In this document: positions 15,949 through 26,084 of the stretch, piece after piece | How the letters are laid out: each line of letters begins with the position of its first letter | How positions within the stretch are numbered: position 1 is the first letter of the stretch | Assembly (NCBI GenBank): GCA_036679495.1 | Contig: JAZDDE010000080.1 | Coordinates: 1 to 53,924 of the forward strand | Direction: 5' to 3' | Length of the DNA stretch: 53,924 nucleotides | From: Gemmatimonadota bacterium | GTDB lineage: Bacteria; Gemmatimonadota; Gemmatimonadetes; Palauibacterales; Palauibacteraceae | The notes under the pieces: model-generated | Seen by the model: the letters and a program-made list of their open reading frames with translations, nothing else | Told to the model about the DNA's origin: nothing | The model's database searches: none | Program-made: the position numbers and the translations under genes

Positions 15949-16799
15949 GGATGGCAGTGGTGGCCGGCTTGCTCATAGGGCATGCGATCGTCGCGGCGGA
16001 TTCCGGCCTTGCGCAGACGATATCCGCGCTCGCGCAGGCGGAAGATCAGGCGGATGCCGGAAATTTGGCGGAAGCGCGCGACGTGCTGAGCCGATGGTTT
16101 TCGGAATCAAGCTCCGAAGCGACCAAGGAACAGGTGGCGCACGGCCGCTTTCTGCGCGCGCGCCTGGCGCCCACGTCGGCTGCGGCTGAGTCCGACTACC
16201 GCTGGCTCGTGGTGGAGGGCGGGGACGTCTTCGCGCCCGCCTCGCGGCTGCGCCTAGCGCAGCTCAGCCTTGTACGCGGGGATCTCGACGGTGCGGCGAG
16301 CGCGCTTGACCGTTTGCGATCGGACTACCCGGACCACCCGGTAGTCGTTCACGCCTGGCTATGGACGGGACACGTGGCTGAAGCCGGTGGCAATGCAGAG
16401 CAGGCCTGCTCTGCCTGGCGCACCGCGAGCCCCCTGGCCGACGATCCACCCGATAAGTCGGGTTCGTCCAGTGCATCGGGCGGAAATCCGCTTCCGCCGG
16501 CAGGATCTCTGCGCCCCGAAATCGACGACCTCCTCCGTTCCTGTGCCGAGGCAGGCTCTGAACCACGGTTCGCCATCCAGTTCGGCGCGTTCCGGGCTCG
16601 AGGCCCGGCGGAGCAGCTCACCAGCGCTGTGGTCGCCACCGGCGTGGCCGCACACCTGGTCGAGGCTGAGGATGGGTCCGGTTGGTACCGAGTACGCACG
16701 GCCGGATTCGGTTCTCGTCCGCCGGCCGAAAGAACAGCCCGCATGCTTGTGGGTCGCGGATTCGAGGCTGTGGTAGTCCGATTGGAGCCAAATGGCTAA
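15945..16799 (+). CDS. Secreted TPR-like + SPOR domain protein
   Basis: Start moved to GTG 15945 (GTGA overlap); signal peptide; helical repeats (LDRLRSDYPDHP); SPOR motif FAIQFGAFR...WYRVRTAGF. Confidence 0.75.
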   Translation: MRMAVVAGLLIGHAIVAADSGLAQTISALAQAEDQADAGNLAEARDVLSRWFSESSSEATKEQVAHGRFLRARLAPTSAAAESDYRWLVVEGGDVFAPASRLRLAQLSLVRGDLDGAASALDRLRSDYPDHPVVVHAWLWTGHVAEAGGNAEQACSAWRTASPLADDPPDKSGSSSASGGNPLPPAGSLRPEIDDLLRSCAEAGSEPRFAIQFGAFRARGPAEQLTSAVVATGVAAHLVEAEDGSGWYRVRTAGFGSRPPAERTARMLVGRGFEAVVVRLEPNG

Positions 16800-19383
16800 G
16801 ACCGCAGTCCAGACCCCGCTTATCCAGCAGTACCTGGACGTCAAATCCCGCCACCAGGATTCGCTCCTTCTGTTCAGAGTGGGCGACTTCTATGAGATGT
16901 TCTTCGAGGATGCCGAAGAGGGGAGCAAACTTCTCGGTATCGTGCTGACGGCACGGAACAACGGGCCGACAGCGGTGCCGTTGGCTGGCATCCCGGTCAA
17001 GGCGCTCGACGAATACCTGCCTCGCCTGGTCCGGCAGGGCCGGCGCGTAGCCATCTGCGAGCAGGTCGAGGACGCCGGCGAGGCCGAAGGGCTGGTTCGC
17101 AGGGAAGTCACGGAGATCGTTACGCCTGGAACGGCCCTACAAGACTCGCTGCTCACCGCCGGGCGCAACAATTTCCTCGCAGCCATTGCGTTTGGAGACC
17201 GGTCCGGGGCGAACGGGCGGACGGCGGCAATAGCGGCAGCTGACCTCTCCACAGGGGAACTCGAAGTGCGGACGTGTCCGGAGCAGTCACTCGCTGACGA
17301 GCTTGCCCGACTGGAGCCGACTGAGATCGTTGTTGCGACGGATGAAGTCGTGCCCACCGGTGACTGGGTCGAGACGCGGCGGGAACCGTGGCGGTTCGAC
17401 CCTGAATTCGGCGCCGAAACGCTGCGGCGGCACTACGGCGTGCACGGCACCGACGGATTCGGCATCCACCTGGAGGAGGATCCGGAGATGGCTGCCGCGG
17501 CTGGCGCCGTGGTCGCCTACCTGGAGGAAGTCCGGCCTTCGGGAGTGACTCACCTGCAGGTGCCGCGGGTCGATCGGTCGGGCCAGCACGTCCACCTCGA
17601 CGACATGACGCGCCGCAACCTGGAGCTTGTGGAGCCGATTCGGGCCGGGGATGGCGGAACCCTGCTGTCGGTGCTGGACCGAACGCTCACCCCGATGGGC
17701 AAGCGCATGCTCCGTCGCCGAATTCTGCGGCCCCTTACCGATGCGGCGGAGTTGGAGGCCCGCCTGGAGGCCGTCGCCGACCTGCATCAAGAGCGCGATA
17801 CCCGCAAGCAGCTTCGGGCCGCGTTAGGCGAGATCCGAGATCTGGAGCGTCTGGCCACGAAGCTGGCGGCCGGCAGGATCACTCCGCGGGAGCTCCTTTC
17901 CCTGGCGCGCTCTCTGGCTCCGCTTCCCGGGCTTCAGGCAACCCTGGCTGGACCCCGGGCGGCGCGTTTGGGCGATCTGGTACAGGGGCTTGCCATGCTT
18001 GAACCGGTTCGCGAGCGCCTTGATAAGGCGATCGATCCGGAAGCTCCGTCTGCCGTCGGCGCCGGGGGTGTCCTGCGCGGCGAATACTCCGAAGAACTGG
18101 ACGCGCTGCGGTCCGAGCGTGACCACGCGGTGGATTGGATCGCCCAACTACAGCCACGCGAGCGGGAGCGGACCGGTATCGAGCGCCTGAAAATCGGGTA
18201 CAACAAAGTCTTCGGGTACTACATCGAAGTGAGCCGTGCGAATTCGGATCGAGTCCCAGAGGACTATACACGAAAGCAGACCCTGGCCAACGCCGAACGG
18301 TACGTGACCCCGGAACTCAAAGAGTGGGAGTCACGCGTGGTCACGGCGGAAGACCGGATCATGGCTTTAGAGGCGCGTCTCTACGCGGAGCTTCGCGAGT
18401 CACTCGTAGATCAGGTGAGCGCGATTCAGGGAGTGGCCGCGCGCGTCGCCGAATTGGACGTCCACGCCTGCCTCGCCGATGTCGCAGATCGGCATGGGTA
18501 TGTGCGTCCGGTCCTTACATCCGACTTCGTCCTCGACATTCGAGCGGGCAGGCATCCGGTCGTCGAGCTACAGATCGCACGGGAGGACTTCATCCCGAAC
18601 GATGTAAGCCTGGACGAAGACATGTTCTGCATGATCCTCACCGGTCCGAACATGGCGGGCAAGTCCACCGTACTGCGCCAGGTCGGCCTGATCGCGCTCA
18701 TGGCTCAGATCGGATCGTTCGTTCCCGCCGGCTCGGCCCGTGTCGGTCTGTGCGACCGCATATTCACCCGCGTCGGTGCCTCGGACAGCCTGGCACGCGG
18801 ACAGAGCACGTTCATGGTCGAAATGACGGAAACAGCTACCATCCTCAACAGCGCCACGGACCGAAGCCTCGTGCTGCTCGACGAGATCGGACGCGGCACG
18901 TCCACGTACGATGGGGTGGCCATCGCGTGGTCAGTAACGGAACATCTGCACGAGATCATCGGTGCGCGGACCATCTTCGCCACGCACTATCATGAGATGG
19001 TAGAACTGGCGGACACGCTGAGAGGGGTGGGTGCGTTCAACGTAGCGGTGCGCGAGTCCGGTGGTGACATCGTGTTCCTGAGGCGTCTGGAGCCCGGAGG
19101 TAGCGACCGTTCATACGGTGTCCATGTGGCACGCCTTGCAGGTCTTCCGGGCGCCGTCATCGAGCGAGCCAGGGCCATTTTGAGGCGCCTTGAGGAGCGC
19201 CCAGCGTCGGATGGAATGCCGACGGTCGAGGGCACAGCGGAGAGTCAGCTCGGACTCTTTGCCGCCCGCCGGTCTCGTGTTCTGGAGCGGCTTGGTCACA
19301 CGGATCCTGACGCCGTGACCCCGCTTGAGTCCCTGAACATTCTTTCCGAGCTGAAACGCCTGGCGGAGAGCGACGGGCAGTGA
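16792..19383 (+). CDS. mutS: DNA mismatch repair protein MutS
   Basis: FRVGDFYEMF, TGPNMAGKST, STFMVEM, DEIGRGTS, ATHYHE, SYGVHVARLAGLP. Confidence 0.98.
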   Translation: MAKTAVQTPLIQQYLDVKSRHQDSLLLFRVGDFYEMFFEDAEEGSKLLGIVLTARNNGPTAVPLAGIPVKALDEYLPRLVRQGRRVAICEQVEDAGEAEGLVRREVTEIVTPGTALQDSLLTAGRNNFLAAIAFGDRSGANGRTAAIAAADLSTGELEVRTCPEQSLADELARLEPTEIVVATDEVVPTGDWVETRREPWRFDPEFGAETLRRHYGVHGTDGFGIHLEEDPEMAAAAGAVVAYLEEVRPSGVTHLQVPRVDRSGQHVHLDDMTRRNLELVEPIRAGDGGTLLSVLDRTLTPMGKRMLRRRILRPLTDAAELEARLEAVADLHQERDTRKQLRAALGEIRDLERLATKLAAGRITPRELLSLARSLAPLPGLQATLAGPRAARLGDLVQGLAMLEPVRERLDKAIDPEAPSAVGAGGVLRGEYSEELDALRSERDHAVDWIAQLQPRERERTGIERLKIGYNKVFGYYIEVSRANSDRVPEDYTRKQTLANAERYVTPELKEWESRVVTAEDRIMALEARLYAELRESLVDQVSAIQGVAARVAELDVHACLADVADRHGYVRPVLTSDFVLDIRAGRHPVVELQIAREDFIPNDVSLDEDMFCMILTGPNMAGKSTVLRQVGLIALMAQIGSFVPAGSARVGLCDRIFTRVGASDSLARGQSTFMVEMTETATILNSATDRSLVLLDEIGRGTSTYDGVAIAWSVTEHLHEIIGARTIFATHYHEMVELADTLRGVGAFNVAVRESGGDIVFLRRLEPGGSDRSYGVHVARLAGLPGAVIERARAILRRLEERPASDGMPTVEGTAESQLGLFAARRSRVLERLGHTDPDAVTPLESLNILSELKRLAESDGQ

Positions 19384-19781
19384 GGCGAATGGCGGCGACT
19401 GTGCTAACAGGGTTGCTGGTCTCAGGCTGTGCAGACACCATCAACCCGGTGCTGGGCCGGCTCTCGCTGGGCCGCGATGCCGGCCCTCTCAAACCGCCCG
19501 TGCGGGTGGATCAGGGGCGGTTCGCGTACCCAGAGGAGGCTTGGGAGGATAGGGTGGGTGGGACCGTGTGGCTCCGGCTGCATATCACGGCGGTCGGCAG
19601 AGTGGACTCCGTTACGGTTCTGGAATCAAGCGGCAACGCGACCCTGGATTCGGCGGCCCGAGCCGATGGGCTCAGTCTCCGCTTCGCTCCGGCTGAGAGC
19701 GGTGGCGAGCCCGTTGCGGTATGGGCCCATCTGGAGGTCATCTATCCGCTGCCTCAGGAGGTAATAGTCGATGAGCCATAG
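19380..19781 (+). CDS. TonB C-terminal domain protein with lipoprotein signal
   Basis: 133 aa; LVSGC lipobox; YPEEA...GTVWLRLHITAVGRVDSVTVLESSGNATLDSAA...RFAPA. Confidence 0.8.
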   Translation: MRRMAATVLTGLLVSGCADTINPVLGRLSLGRDAGPLKPPVRVDQGRFAYPEEAWEDRVGGTVWLRLHITAVGRVDSVTVLESSGNATLDSAARADGLSLRFAPAESGGEPVAVWAHLEVIYPLPQEVIVDEP

Positions 19782-21153
19782 ACCGCATCCGCGCCCGTAC
19801 GACAACGTGCTGGCGACCATCGGATGGACGCCGCTCATCAGGCTTAACCGTGTGGTGGATGGGGCGAGAACACCTGTGTTCATCAAAGTCGAGTCGTTCA
19901 ATCCGGGCGGATCGGTAAAGGACCGCATCGGTGTAGCGATCATCGAGGCGGCCGAACGGGAGGGCAGATTGGGCCCGGGTGGCACCGTCGTGGAGGGCAC
20001 AGCCGGGAACACTGGCGTCGGGCTCGCGATTGCGGCCGCTGTGAAGGGGTACCGCTGTGTATTCGCGATTCCGGACAAGATGAGTGCTGAGAAGATTCGG
20101 ATGGTACAGGCCTACGGGGCCGAGGTCGTCGTCACTCCCACGGCGGTCAGCCCGGACGATCCGGACTACTACGGCAACGTCGCCAAGCGCATCGCCGCAG
20201 AGACGCCAGGGGCGGTGCTCGCCGACCAGTTCTTCAATCCCGTCAATCCGCAGGCCCACTACGAGACGACGGGTCCCGAAATCTGGGAGCAGACGGACGG
20301 CCGGATCACCCATTTCGTCGGGGCACCGGCCACCGGCGGGACGATCAGCGGTGTGGCCCGGTTTCTCAAGGAGCAAAACCCCGAAGTCCAAGTGATCTCA
20401 GGGGACCCGATCGGTTCGGTACTTGCGGGCTACTTCTCTACCGGAGAACAGGGCCGCGGTGCGCCCTACAAGGTGGAGGGCGTCGGCAACGACAAAATCC
20501 CGAGCACGCTGGATTTCGAGCTTATTGACGAGTTCATGATCGTCTCAGATCGCGACTCGTTCCATATGGCCCGTCGCCTCACCCGGGAAGAGGGACTGTT
20601 CGCGGGCGGATCCTCCGGCCTTATCGTCCACGTGGCAGCCGAAGTGGCCCGTCGCGAGGACGACCCGGACGCTTGTATAGTCTGTATGCTGACAGATACG
20701 GGGGAGCGATACTTGACCAAGCTCTACAACGACGCCTGGATGCAGGAAAACAGAATGCTCGTCCCGGAGCGGGTGGACGCCCGTTTTCTCTTGTCGGTCA
20801 AGACAGCGCCTCACGATGTCGTGAGCGTCTCGCCCGATACAACGGTGCGGGACGTGCTGGAGACGATCGCGCAGCACAACGTGTCGCAGGTTCCTATCAT
20901 GGAAGAAGGGCAGGCCACCGGCAGTGTCACGGAGGCAGCGCTCATGACCGCGGCGCTTCGCGATGCCGGGATTCTCGATTTGTCCGTGACCGAGTTGGCC
21001 GAGGACCCGTTTCCGATTCTGCCGCCCACGACTGACCTGGCGGCTCTCAAGCAGACGTTTGCCCGGCGGACGCCGGCGGTACTCATCGCCGAGGACGGCC
21101 ACATCGAGGGCATTCTCACCCGGCACGATCTCCTGGAGTACCTGGCCCAGTGA
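19771..21153 (+). CDS. cbs: Cystathionine beta-synthase / cysteine synthase family PLP enzyme with C-terminal CBS pair
   Basis: KVESFNPGGSVKDRIG, GTAGNTG, DTGERYLTKLYND, C-terminal CBS domains; no heme domain. Confidence 0.9.
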   Translation: MSHRPHPRPYDNVLATIGWTPLIRLNRVVDGARTPVFIKVESFNPGGSVKDRIGVAIIEAAEREGRLGPGGTVVEGTAGNTGVGLAIAAAVKGYRCVFAIPDKMSAEKIRMVQAYGAEVVVTPTAVSPDDPDYYGNVAKRIAAETPGAVLADQFFNPVNPQAHYETTGPEIWEQTDGRITHFVGAPATGGTISGVARFLKEQNPEVQVISGDPIGSVLAGYFSTGEQGRGAPYKVEGVGNDKIPSTLDFELIDEFMIVSDRDSFHMARRLTREEGLFAGGSSGLIVHVAAEVARREDDPDACIVCMLTDTGERYLTKLYNDAWMQENRMLVPERVDARFLLSVKTAPHDVVSVSPDTTVRDVLETIAQHNVSQVPIMEEGQATGSVTEAALMTAALRDAGILDLSVTELAEDPFPILPPTTDLAALKQTFARRTPAVLIAEDGHIEGILTRHDLLEYLAQ

Positions 21154-22184
21154 CGCTCCGCGTAGCGGTCCTCATGGGCGGGACGAGTGAGGAACGGCGG
21201 GTGTCCCTGGCCAGCGGGACCGCCGTGTGCGGTGCGCTCCGCGAGAGGGGGCACGGGGTGGTGGTGATCGACCCCGCCACCGGAGTGGTCCCGCCCGCCG
21301 CCGAGTCTGAGTTGGCGGCGGAGGCCGGCCGGCCCGGCCCGCCTTCAGACCACGAGCTGGAGGCGCTGGCGAACTCGGCTCTGGGCCTGCGTATCGCAGA
21401 GATACCGGAGCTACTGGATGCTGATCTGGCCTTCCTGGCCCTCCACGGGAGGGGCAGCGAGGATGGCCAACTGCAGGCGATTCTGGATGCCGCGGGGGTC
21501 TGCTATACCGGAGCCGGGATGCTTGGCAGCGCGATCGCGTTCGACAAGCGAGTGTCCAAGGAGTTGCTGCACTACTCTGATCTACGCACGCCCGACTGGG
21601 CGCCGGCCGGCCTGCCTCCCGATGGAATCCTTGCCATGCTCGGACTCCCGCTAGTCATAAAGCCGTCCGGGGGTGGATCCACCGTAGGCCTGACCGTAGT
21701 GCGCCAGGAAGGGGAGCTGGAGGACGCTTTAAGGCTGGCGCAGCGCTTCGATACAGATGTTCTGGTCGAGAGCTTCGTTCCAGGCCGGGAGCTCACCGTC
21801 ACGATCCTTGAGGGCCGGGCACTACCGGCGGTGGAGATCGTGCCCGGAAACGAGATCTATGACTACGAGGCCAAGTACACGGCTGGACTGTCGGAATACC
21901 TGGTGCCGGCGCCGCTCGAACCTGAGCAGGCAGCCCGCCTGGCTGAACTCGCTGTTCAGGTTCAGCACAAGCTTCGCCTCGGTTCCTACGGTCGAATCGA
22001 CTTCCGGCTCGACGACCGTGACGGGTCCTTTTCGTGCCTGGAGGCCAACAGTCTCCCCGGTTTGACCGCCACCAGCCTGGTTCCCAAGTCCGCTGGGGCG
22101 GCCGGGATCTCGTTTCCGGATCTATGCGAACGCATCGCCCTGTCTGCGCTTCGCGGCCAGACCGTAGCCATGACCAGGGCCTGA
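21150..22184 (+). CDS. ddl: D-alanine--D-alanine ligase
   Basis: GGTSEERRVSLASG, ALHGRGSEDG, KPSGGGSTVG, YDYEAKY, LEANSLPG. Confidence 0.95.
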   Translation: MTLRVAVLMGGTSEERRVSLASGTAVCGALRERGHGVVVIDPATGVVPPAAESELAAEAGRPGPPSDHELEALANSALGLRIAEIPELLDADLAFLALHGRGSEDGQLQAILDAAGVCYTGAGMLGSAIAFDKRVSKELLHYSDLRTPDWAPAGLPPDGILAMLGLPLVIKPSGGGSTVGLTVVRQEGELEDALRLAQRFDTDVLVESFVPGRELTVTILEGRALPAVEIVPGNEIYDYEAKYTAGLSEYLVPAPLEPEQAARLAELAVQVQHKLRLGSYGRIDFRLDDRDGSFSCLEANSLPGLTATSLVPKSAGAAGISFPDLCERIALSALRGQTVAMTRA

Positions 22185-22186
22185 GC

Positions 22187-23092
22187 GTGGGATTCTCCGA
22201 CCGGTCGTACAACCAGGTGCCTTCCGGCCCCTCGCGGCGCTGGGCGCCATCCCTCACACCCTGGGTCAAGCGGCTCCTGGTCGTGAATTTTGGCGTGTGG
22301 CTCATAGGGGCCCTGGGGCTTCTGGCGCCCGGCTTCACCGACCTCACCGCCTTTGATCCGCAGGTGCTGGTCACGCATCCATGGACGCCGCTGACCTACA
22401 TGTTTGTGCACGGCGGCTTCTGGCATGTGGCATTCAATATGATCGGCGTCTTCTTCTTTGGCCCGCCACTCGAGCGCCTTTGGGGAGGGCGCGACTTCAT
22501 CCGGTTCTACCTGGTGTGCGGTCTGGGTGCCGCCCTCGCCTCGATTCTGCTTTGGCCACTCATTGGCCCACACTCTGTCGTAGGAGCCTCCGGCGCTGTA
22601 TTCGGCCTTCTGCTGGCGTTTGGGCTGCGCTGGCCCGACCAGCCGATCTACCTGTACGGGCTGTTTCCCATCAAGGCCAAGTGGTTCGTGTCGGGCCTGG
22701 CGCTCTTGTCGCTCATTTCGACGTACCGCGTTGCTGTGGTCGGAAGAGGGGACGGAGTGGCCCACTGGACTCATCTGGGCGGGCTGTTGACGGCCTACCT
22801 GTACCTTAAGTACCGGGAGACAGGCCGGCTCCTGCCCAAACGCCTCTCCATGATGCGCCGCGGATGGAAGGTAAGTAGCGGAGGAGACAACGGTGGAACG
22901 GAGCCGACGACGTCCAGGCAACGGTGGCCCGAGTCGGGCTCCAAGCGCGGAAGCGGCAAGTCCGGGAGCGAGTCCGCGGACCAAGTAGACCAAATCCTCG
23001 AAAAGATTCGTGCTTCCGGGCTGGAATCGCTGTCCGCAGAGGAAAAGCGCGTCCTGGACGAGATGAGTCGCCGCTACCGAGGCGGGTCCTGA
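22187..23092 (+). CDS. Rhomboid family intramembrane serine protease with C-terminal helical extension
   Basis: Start moved to GTG 22187; HVAFNM, VVGASGA (catalytic Ser), AHWTHLGG (catalytic His); tail VDQILEKIRASGLESLS. Confidence 0.92.
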   Translation: MGFSDRSYNQVPSGPSRRWAPSLTPWVKRLLVVNFGVWLIGALGLLAPGFTDLTAFDPQVLVTHPWTPLTYMFVHGGFWHVAFNMIGVFFFGPPLERLWGGRDFIRFYLVCGLGAALASILLWPLIGPHSVVGASGAVFGLLLAFGLRWPDQPIYLYGLFPIKAKWFVSGLALLSLISTYRVAVVGRGDGVAHWTHLGGLLTAYLYLKYRETGRLLPKRLSMMRRGWKVSSGGDNGGTEPTTSRQRWPESGSKRGSGKSGSESADQVDQILEKIRASGLESLSAEEKRVLDEMSRRYRGGS

Positions 23093-23125
23093 GGTTTCCG
23101 GACCCGGACCCGCACCCGTCATTTT

Positions 23126-23154
23126 TTGCCAATAACCTGCCCTCTGTCTAGGTT
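23126..23154 (+). promoter_or_regulatory. Putative sigma70 promoter TTGCCA-N17-TAGGTT for the EF-G-like gene
   Basis: Canonical spacing in a 110-nt intergenic gap; AGGAGG SD downstream. Confidence 0.45.
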
Positions 23155-23202
23155 GATCGATCCCGTTTTCCGCCGTGGATCCTCGCAAGGAGGTGCCGTG
23201 TT

Positions 23203-25284
23203 ATGGGCACTAGTGCTAGAGAGTTTGCAACCGCTGACATCCGAAATATCGTGCTGCTCGGTCACGGAGGCAGCGGAAAAACCACTCTAACCGATGCGAT
23301 CTGCTACATAGCGGGTTCCACGGACCGCAGAGGCTCCGTGGAAGCCGGGAACGCGCACACCGACTTCACCCCTGAAGAGATTGACCACGGAATCTCCATC
23401 AATCTCGGAGTGGCCACCGCCACCTGGCTCGACACCAAGCTGAACCTCATCGACACCCCCGGCTATCTGGACTTTTTCGGCGAAGTTGAGGCTGGTATAC
23501 AGGCAGCCGACGGCGCCCTGGTTGTCGTGGAGGCTTCATCCGGCGTGGAGGTTGGAACCGAGCGCGTGTGGGAGACATGTGAGGCGAGAGGTCTGCCACG
23601 GGTCGTGTTCGTGTCCATGATGGATCGCGACAACGCCTCCTTCGAAAAGACCTTCGGACAGATCAAGGAGACCCTGTCTGCGGCTGCCATCCCGGTCGAA
23701 GTGCCGATCGGAGCCGGCAAAGACTTCCGGGGGATCGTCAACCTTTTCTCGCAGAAAGCGCACATGTACAAAGCGGGCGGGACAAAGGGCGAGTATGACG
23801 AGATGGAGGTTCCCGAAGAGCTCCAGGCGGGAGTCGCGAGATACCGGGAGGCGTTGATCGAAACGATCGCCGCCTCCGATGACGATCTGCTCGAAGCGTA
23901 CCTGGAGGGAGAGGAACTGGACCGCGGGAAGGTCCTGACGGCTATGGCTTCTGCCATGCGGCGTGGCGAGCTGTTCCCGGTGTTCTGCGGTTCGGGGGAG
24001 AGCGGCCGTGGCATTCGCGCCGTGATGAACAAGCTGGTCGAGCTGATGCCGTCACCCCAGGATCGCGGGACGATCACCCACGAGAATGGTGGCACCCCGA
24101 TCGAAATCGAGCCGGCTGACGGGTCGGAATTCGCCGCCCTGGTGTTCAAGACGACCCAGGAGCCGCGAGTCGGCGAGCTAAGTTATTTCAGAGTATTCGG
24201 GGGCATGGCGAAGACCGGAGCTACGGTCTTTAACTCCGTGCGGCAGAAGCCGGAGCGTTTCGCGCACCTGGCGGTCCCCAATGGCGCGGAGCGGACCGAG
24301 GTCGGTGTGCTGCACGCAGGCGACATAGGCGTGGTGGCCAAACTGAAGGATACACATACAGGTGATACGCTCTGCGCCTCAGGAAAATCCACCCGTCTTC
24401 CAGACATCTCATGGCCTGTCCCGGACATCTCGATCGCGATTCATCCCAGCGCGCGAGGGGAAGAGGACAAGCTGGCCAATGGTCTGGCGCGGCTGCATGA
24501 GGAGGATCCCAGCTTCCGCTCGGCCTACGATCCGGAGCTGGGCCAGACGATCGCACGAGGCCTGGGGGAGCTGCATCTGAGCGTGGCCCTTGAGCGGCTG
24601 AAGCGGAAATTCGGCGTCAGCGTGGACACCGAAGCCCCGCGGATTCCCTATCGCGAGACGCTCATGCGAAAAGCGGAGGGTCAGGGCAAATACAAGAAGC
24701 AGTCCGGAGGCCGCGGGCAGTACGGCGATTGTTGGATCCGGATCAAGCCGCAGCCGCGAGGCACGGACTACAAGTTCATCAACAAGATCGTGGGGGGCTC
24801 AATCCCCGGGAAGTTCGTTTCCGCTGTGGACAAAGGGATCCGGGAGGCCGCGGCGCGAGGCGTACTGGCCGGGTATCCGGTGGTGGACTTCACGGTCGAG
24901 TGTTACGACGGTTCCTACCACTCGGTGGATAGTTCCGAACAGGCCTTCAGGGTGGCCGGGTCCATGGCGTTCCAGAAGGTGGCCAAGGACGCGAGTCCCA
25001 TGCTGCTAGAACCCATCATGCAGATCACGGTGAAGACTCCGGAAGAGTACATGGGAGACGTGATCGGAGACCTCAACCAGCGCCGCGGTCGTGTGATGGG
25101 AGTAGACACCCACGGCCACTGGCAGGAGGTCAAGGCTCATGTACCTTTGTCCGAGCTCTATCGGTATTCCACAAAGCTCAGGTCGCTGACGCACGGGAAG
25201 GGCGGGCACCGCCGAATGTTCTCGGGATACGAGCCGGCGCCTGGCGACGTGACGAAGAAAGTCATCGCGGAGTCGGAGAAGTAG
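23203..25284 (+). CDS. fusA: Elongation factor G paralog (EF-G2/EF-G-like)
   Basis: GHGGSGKTT, DTPGY, KKQSGGRGQYG, DGSYHSVDSSE; not in the rpsL-rpsG-tuf cluster; degenerate switch I and G4. Confidence 0.9.
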   Translation: MGTSAREFATADIRNIVLLGHGGSGKTTLTDAICYIAGSTDRRGSVEAGNAHTDFTPEEIDHGISINLGVATATWLDTKLNLIDTPGYLDFFGEVEAGIQAADGALVVVEASSGVEVGTERVWETCEARGLPRVVFVSMMDRDNASFEKTFGQIKETLSAAAIPVEVPIGAGKDFRGIVNLFSQKAHMYKAGGTKGEYDEMEVPEELQAGVARYREALIETIAASDDDLLEAYLEGEELDRGKVLTAMASAMRRGELFPVFCGSGESGRGIRAVMNKLVELMPSPQDRGTITHENGGTPIEIEPADGSEFAALVFKTTQEPRVGELSYFRVFGGMAKTGATVFNSVRQKPERFAHLAVPNGAERTEVGVLHAGDIGVVAKLKDTHTGDTLCASGKSTRLPDISWPVPDISIAIHPSARGEEDKLANGLARLHEEDPSFRSAYDPELGQTIARGLGELHLSVALERLKRKFGVSVDTEAPRIPYRETLMRKAEGQGKYKKQSGGRGQYGDCWIRIKPQPRGTDYKFINKIVGGSIPGKFVSAVDKGIREAAARGVLAGYPVVDFTVECYDGSYHSVDSSEQAFRVAGSMAFQKVAKDASPMLLEPIMQITVKTPEEYMGDVIGDLNQRRGRVMGVDTHGHWQEVKAHVPLSELYRYSTKLRSLTHGKGGHRRMFSGYEPAPGDVTKKVIAESEK

Positions 25285-25288
25285 CGAC

Positions 25289-26041
25289 GTGGCAGGTCAC
25301 AGCAAGTGGTCGCAGATCAAGCGCCAGAAGGCTGTCAACGACAAGGCTCGTGGCCGCCGGTTCTCCAAGTTGGGACGGGAGATTTCCGTTGCATCCCGCC
25401 AGGGAGGGGGCGATCCGGCGTTCAACCCCAGGCTACGAACAGCGATCATCAACGCCAAAGCCGAGAACATGCCCGCCGGAAATATCGAGCGGGCCGTACA
25501 GCGGGGGACGGGCGAGCTGCCCGGGCTCACCCTTGAAGAGGTGATCTACGAGGGCTACGGACCGGGAGGCGCGGCCCTATACATCGAGTGCGTGACAGAC
25601 AATCCGAAGCGAACTGTGGCAGAGCTCCGGCATCTTCTCAGTAAGGCCGGCGGAAATCTGGGCCAGGCGGGCTCCGTTGCCTGGATGTTCGAGCGTAAGG
25701 GCGAGATCCTGCTGCCCGGCGGAGATCTGGACGAGGAAACCGCGCTCGAGCTGGCTCTGGCGGCCGGTGCTGAGGATGTTCGCGCCGAGGACGATTCGTT
25801 CCGCCTGACGACCTCCCCGACCGAGTTTCACGCCGTTCAAGACGTCCTGAAGGCACAGGACGCCGCTGTCGAGGAGGCCGAACTGGTCATGATTCCCAAG
25901 AGCTCAGTCCGAGTCGAAGGCAAAGAGGCTGTTCGCTTGCTCCGCCTGATTTCAGATATCGACGATCACGAAGATGTGATCAAGCTTTCTTCCAATTTCG
26001 ATGTCGATGACGAAGCATGGACAGCGCTGGAGTTGGCCTGA
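25289..26041 (+). CDS. yebC: YebC/PmpR family protein
   Basis: MAGHSKWSQIKRQK, YEGYGPGG, TDNPKRT. Confidence 0.97.
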   Translation: MAGHSKWSQIKRQKAVNDKARGRRFSKLGREISVASRQGGGDPAFNPRLRTAIINAKAENMPAGNIERAVQRGTGELPGLTLEEVIYEGYGPGGAALYIECVTDNPKRTVAELRHLLSKAGGNLGQAGSVAWMFERKGEILLPGGDLDEETALELALAAGAEDVRAEDDSFRLTTSPTEFHAVQDVLKAQDAAVEEAELVMIPKSSVRVEGKEAVRLLRLISDIDDHEDVIKLSSNFDVDDEAWTALELA

Positions 26042-26084
26042 GCCTCGCATTCGGGAGCCGATGGGGGCCGGCGATCCGCCGCCG

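Noticed and set aside
20310-20350. GAPATGGT variant of the PLP phosphate loop in the CBS-like enzyme
   Set aside because: Minor substitution; catalytic Lys and other motifs are intact, so there is no evidence of changed function.
23082-23127. CGGACC-type micro-repeat and hairpin after the rhomboid gene as a terminator or contingency repeat
   Set aside because: Only about three imperfect units; the U-run is 8 nt from the stem and overlaps the candidate -35 box.
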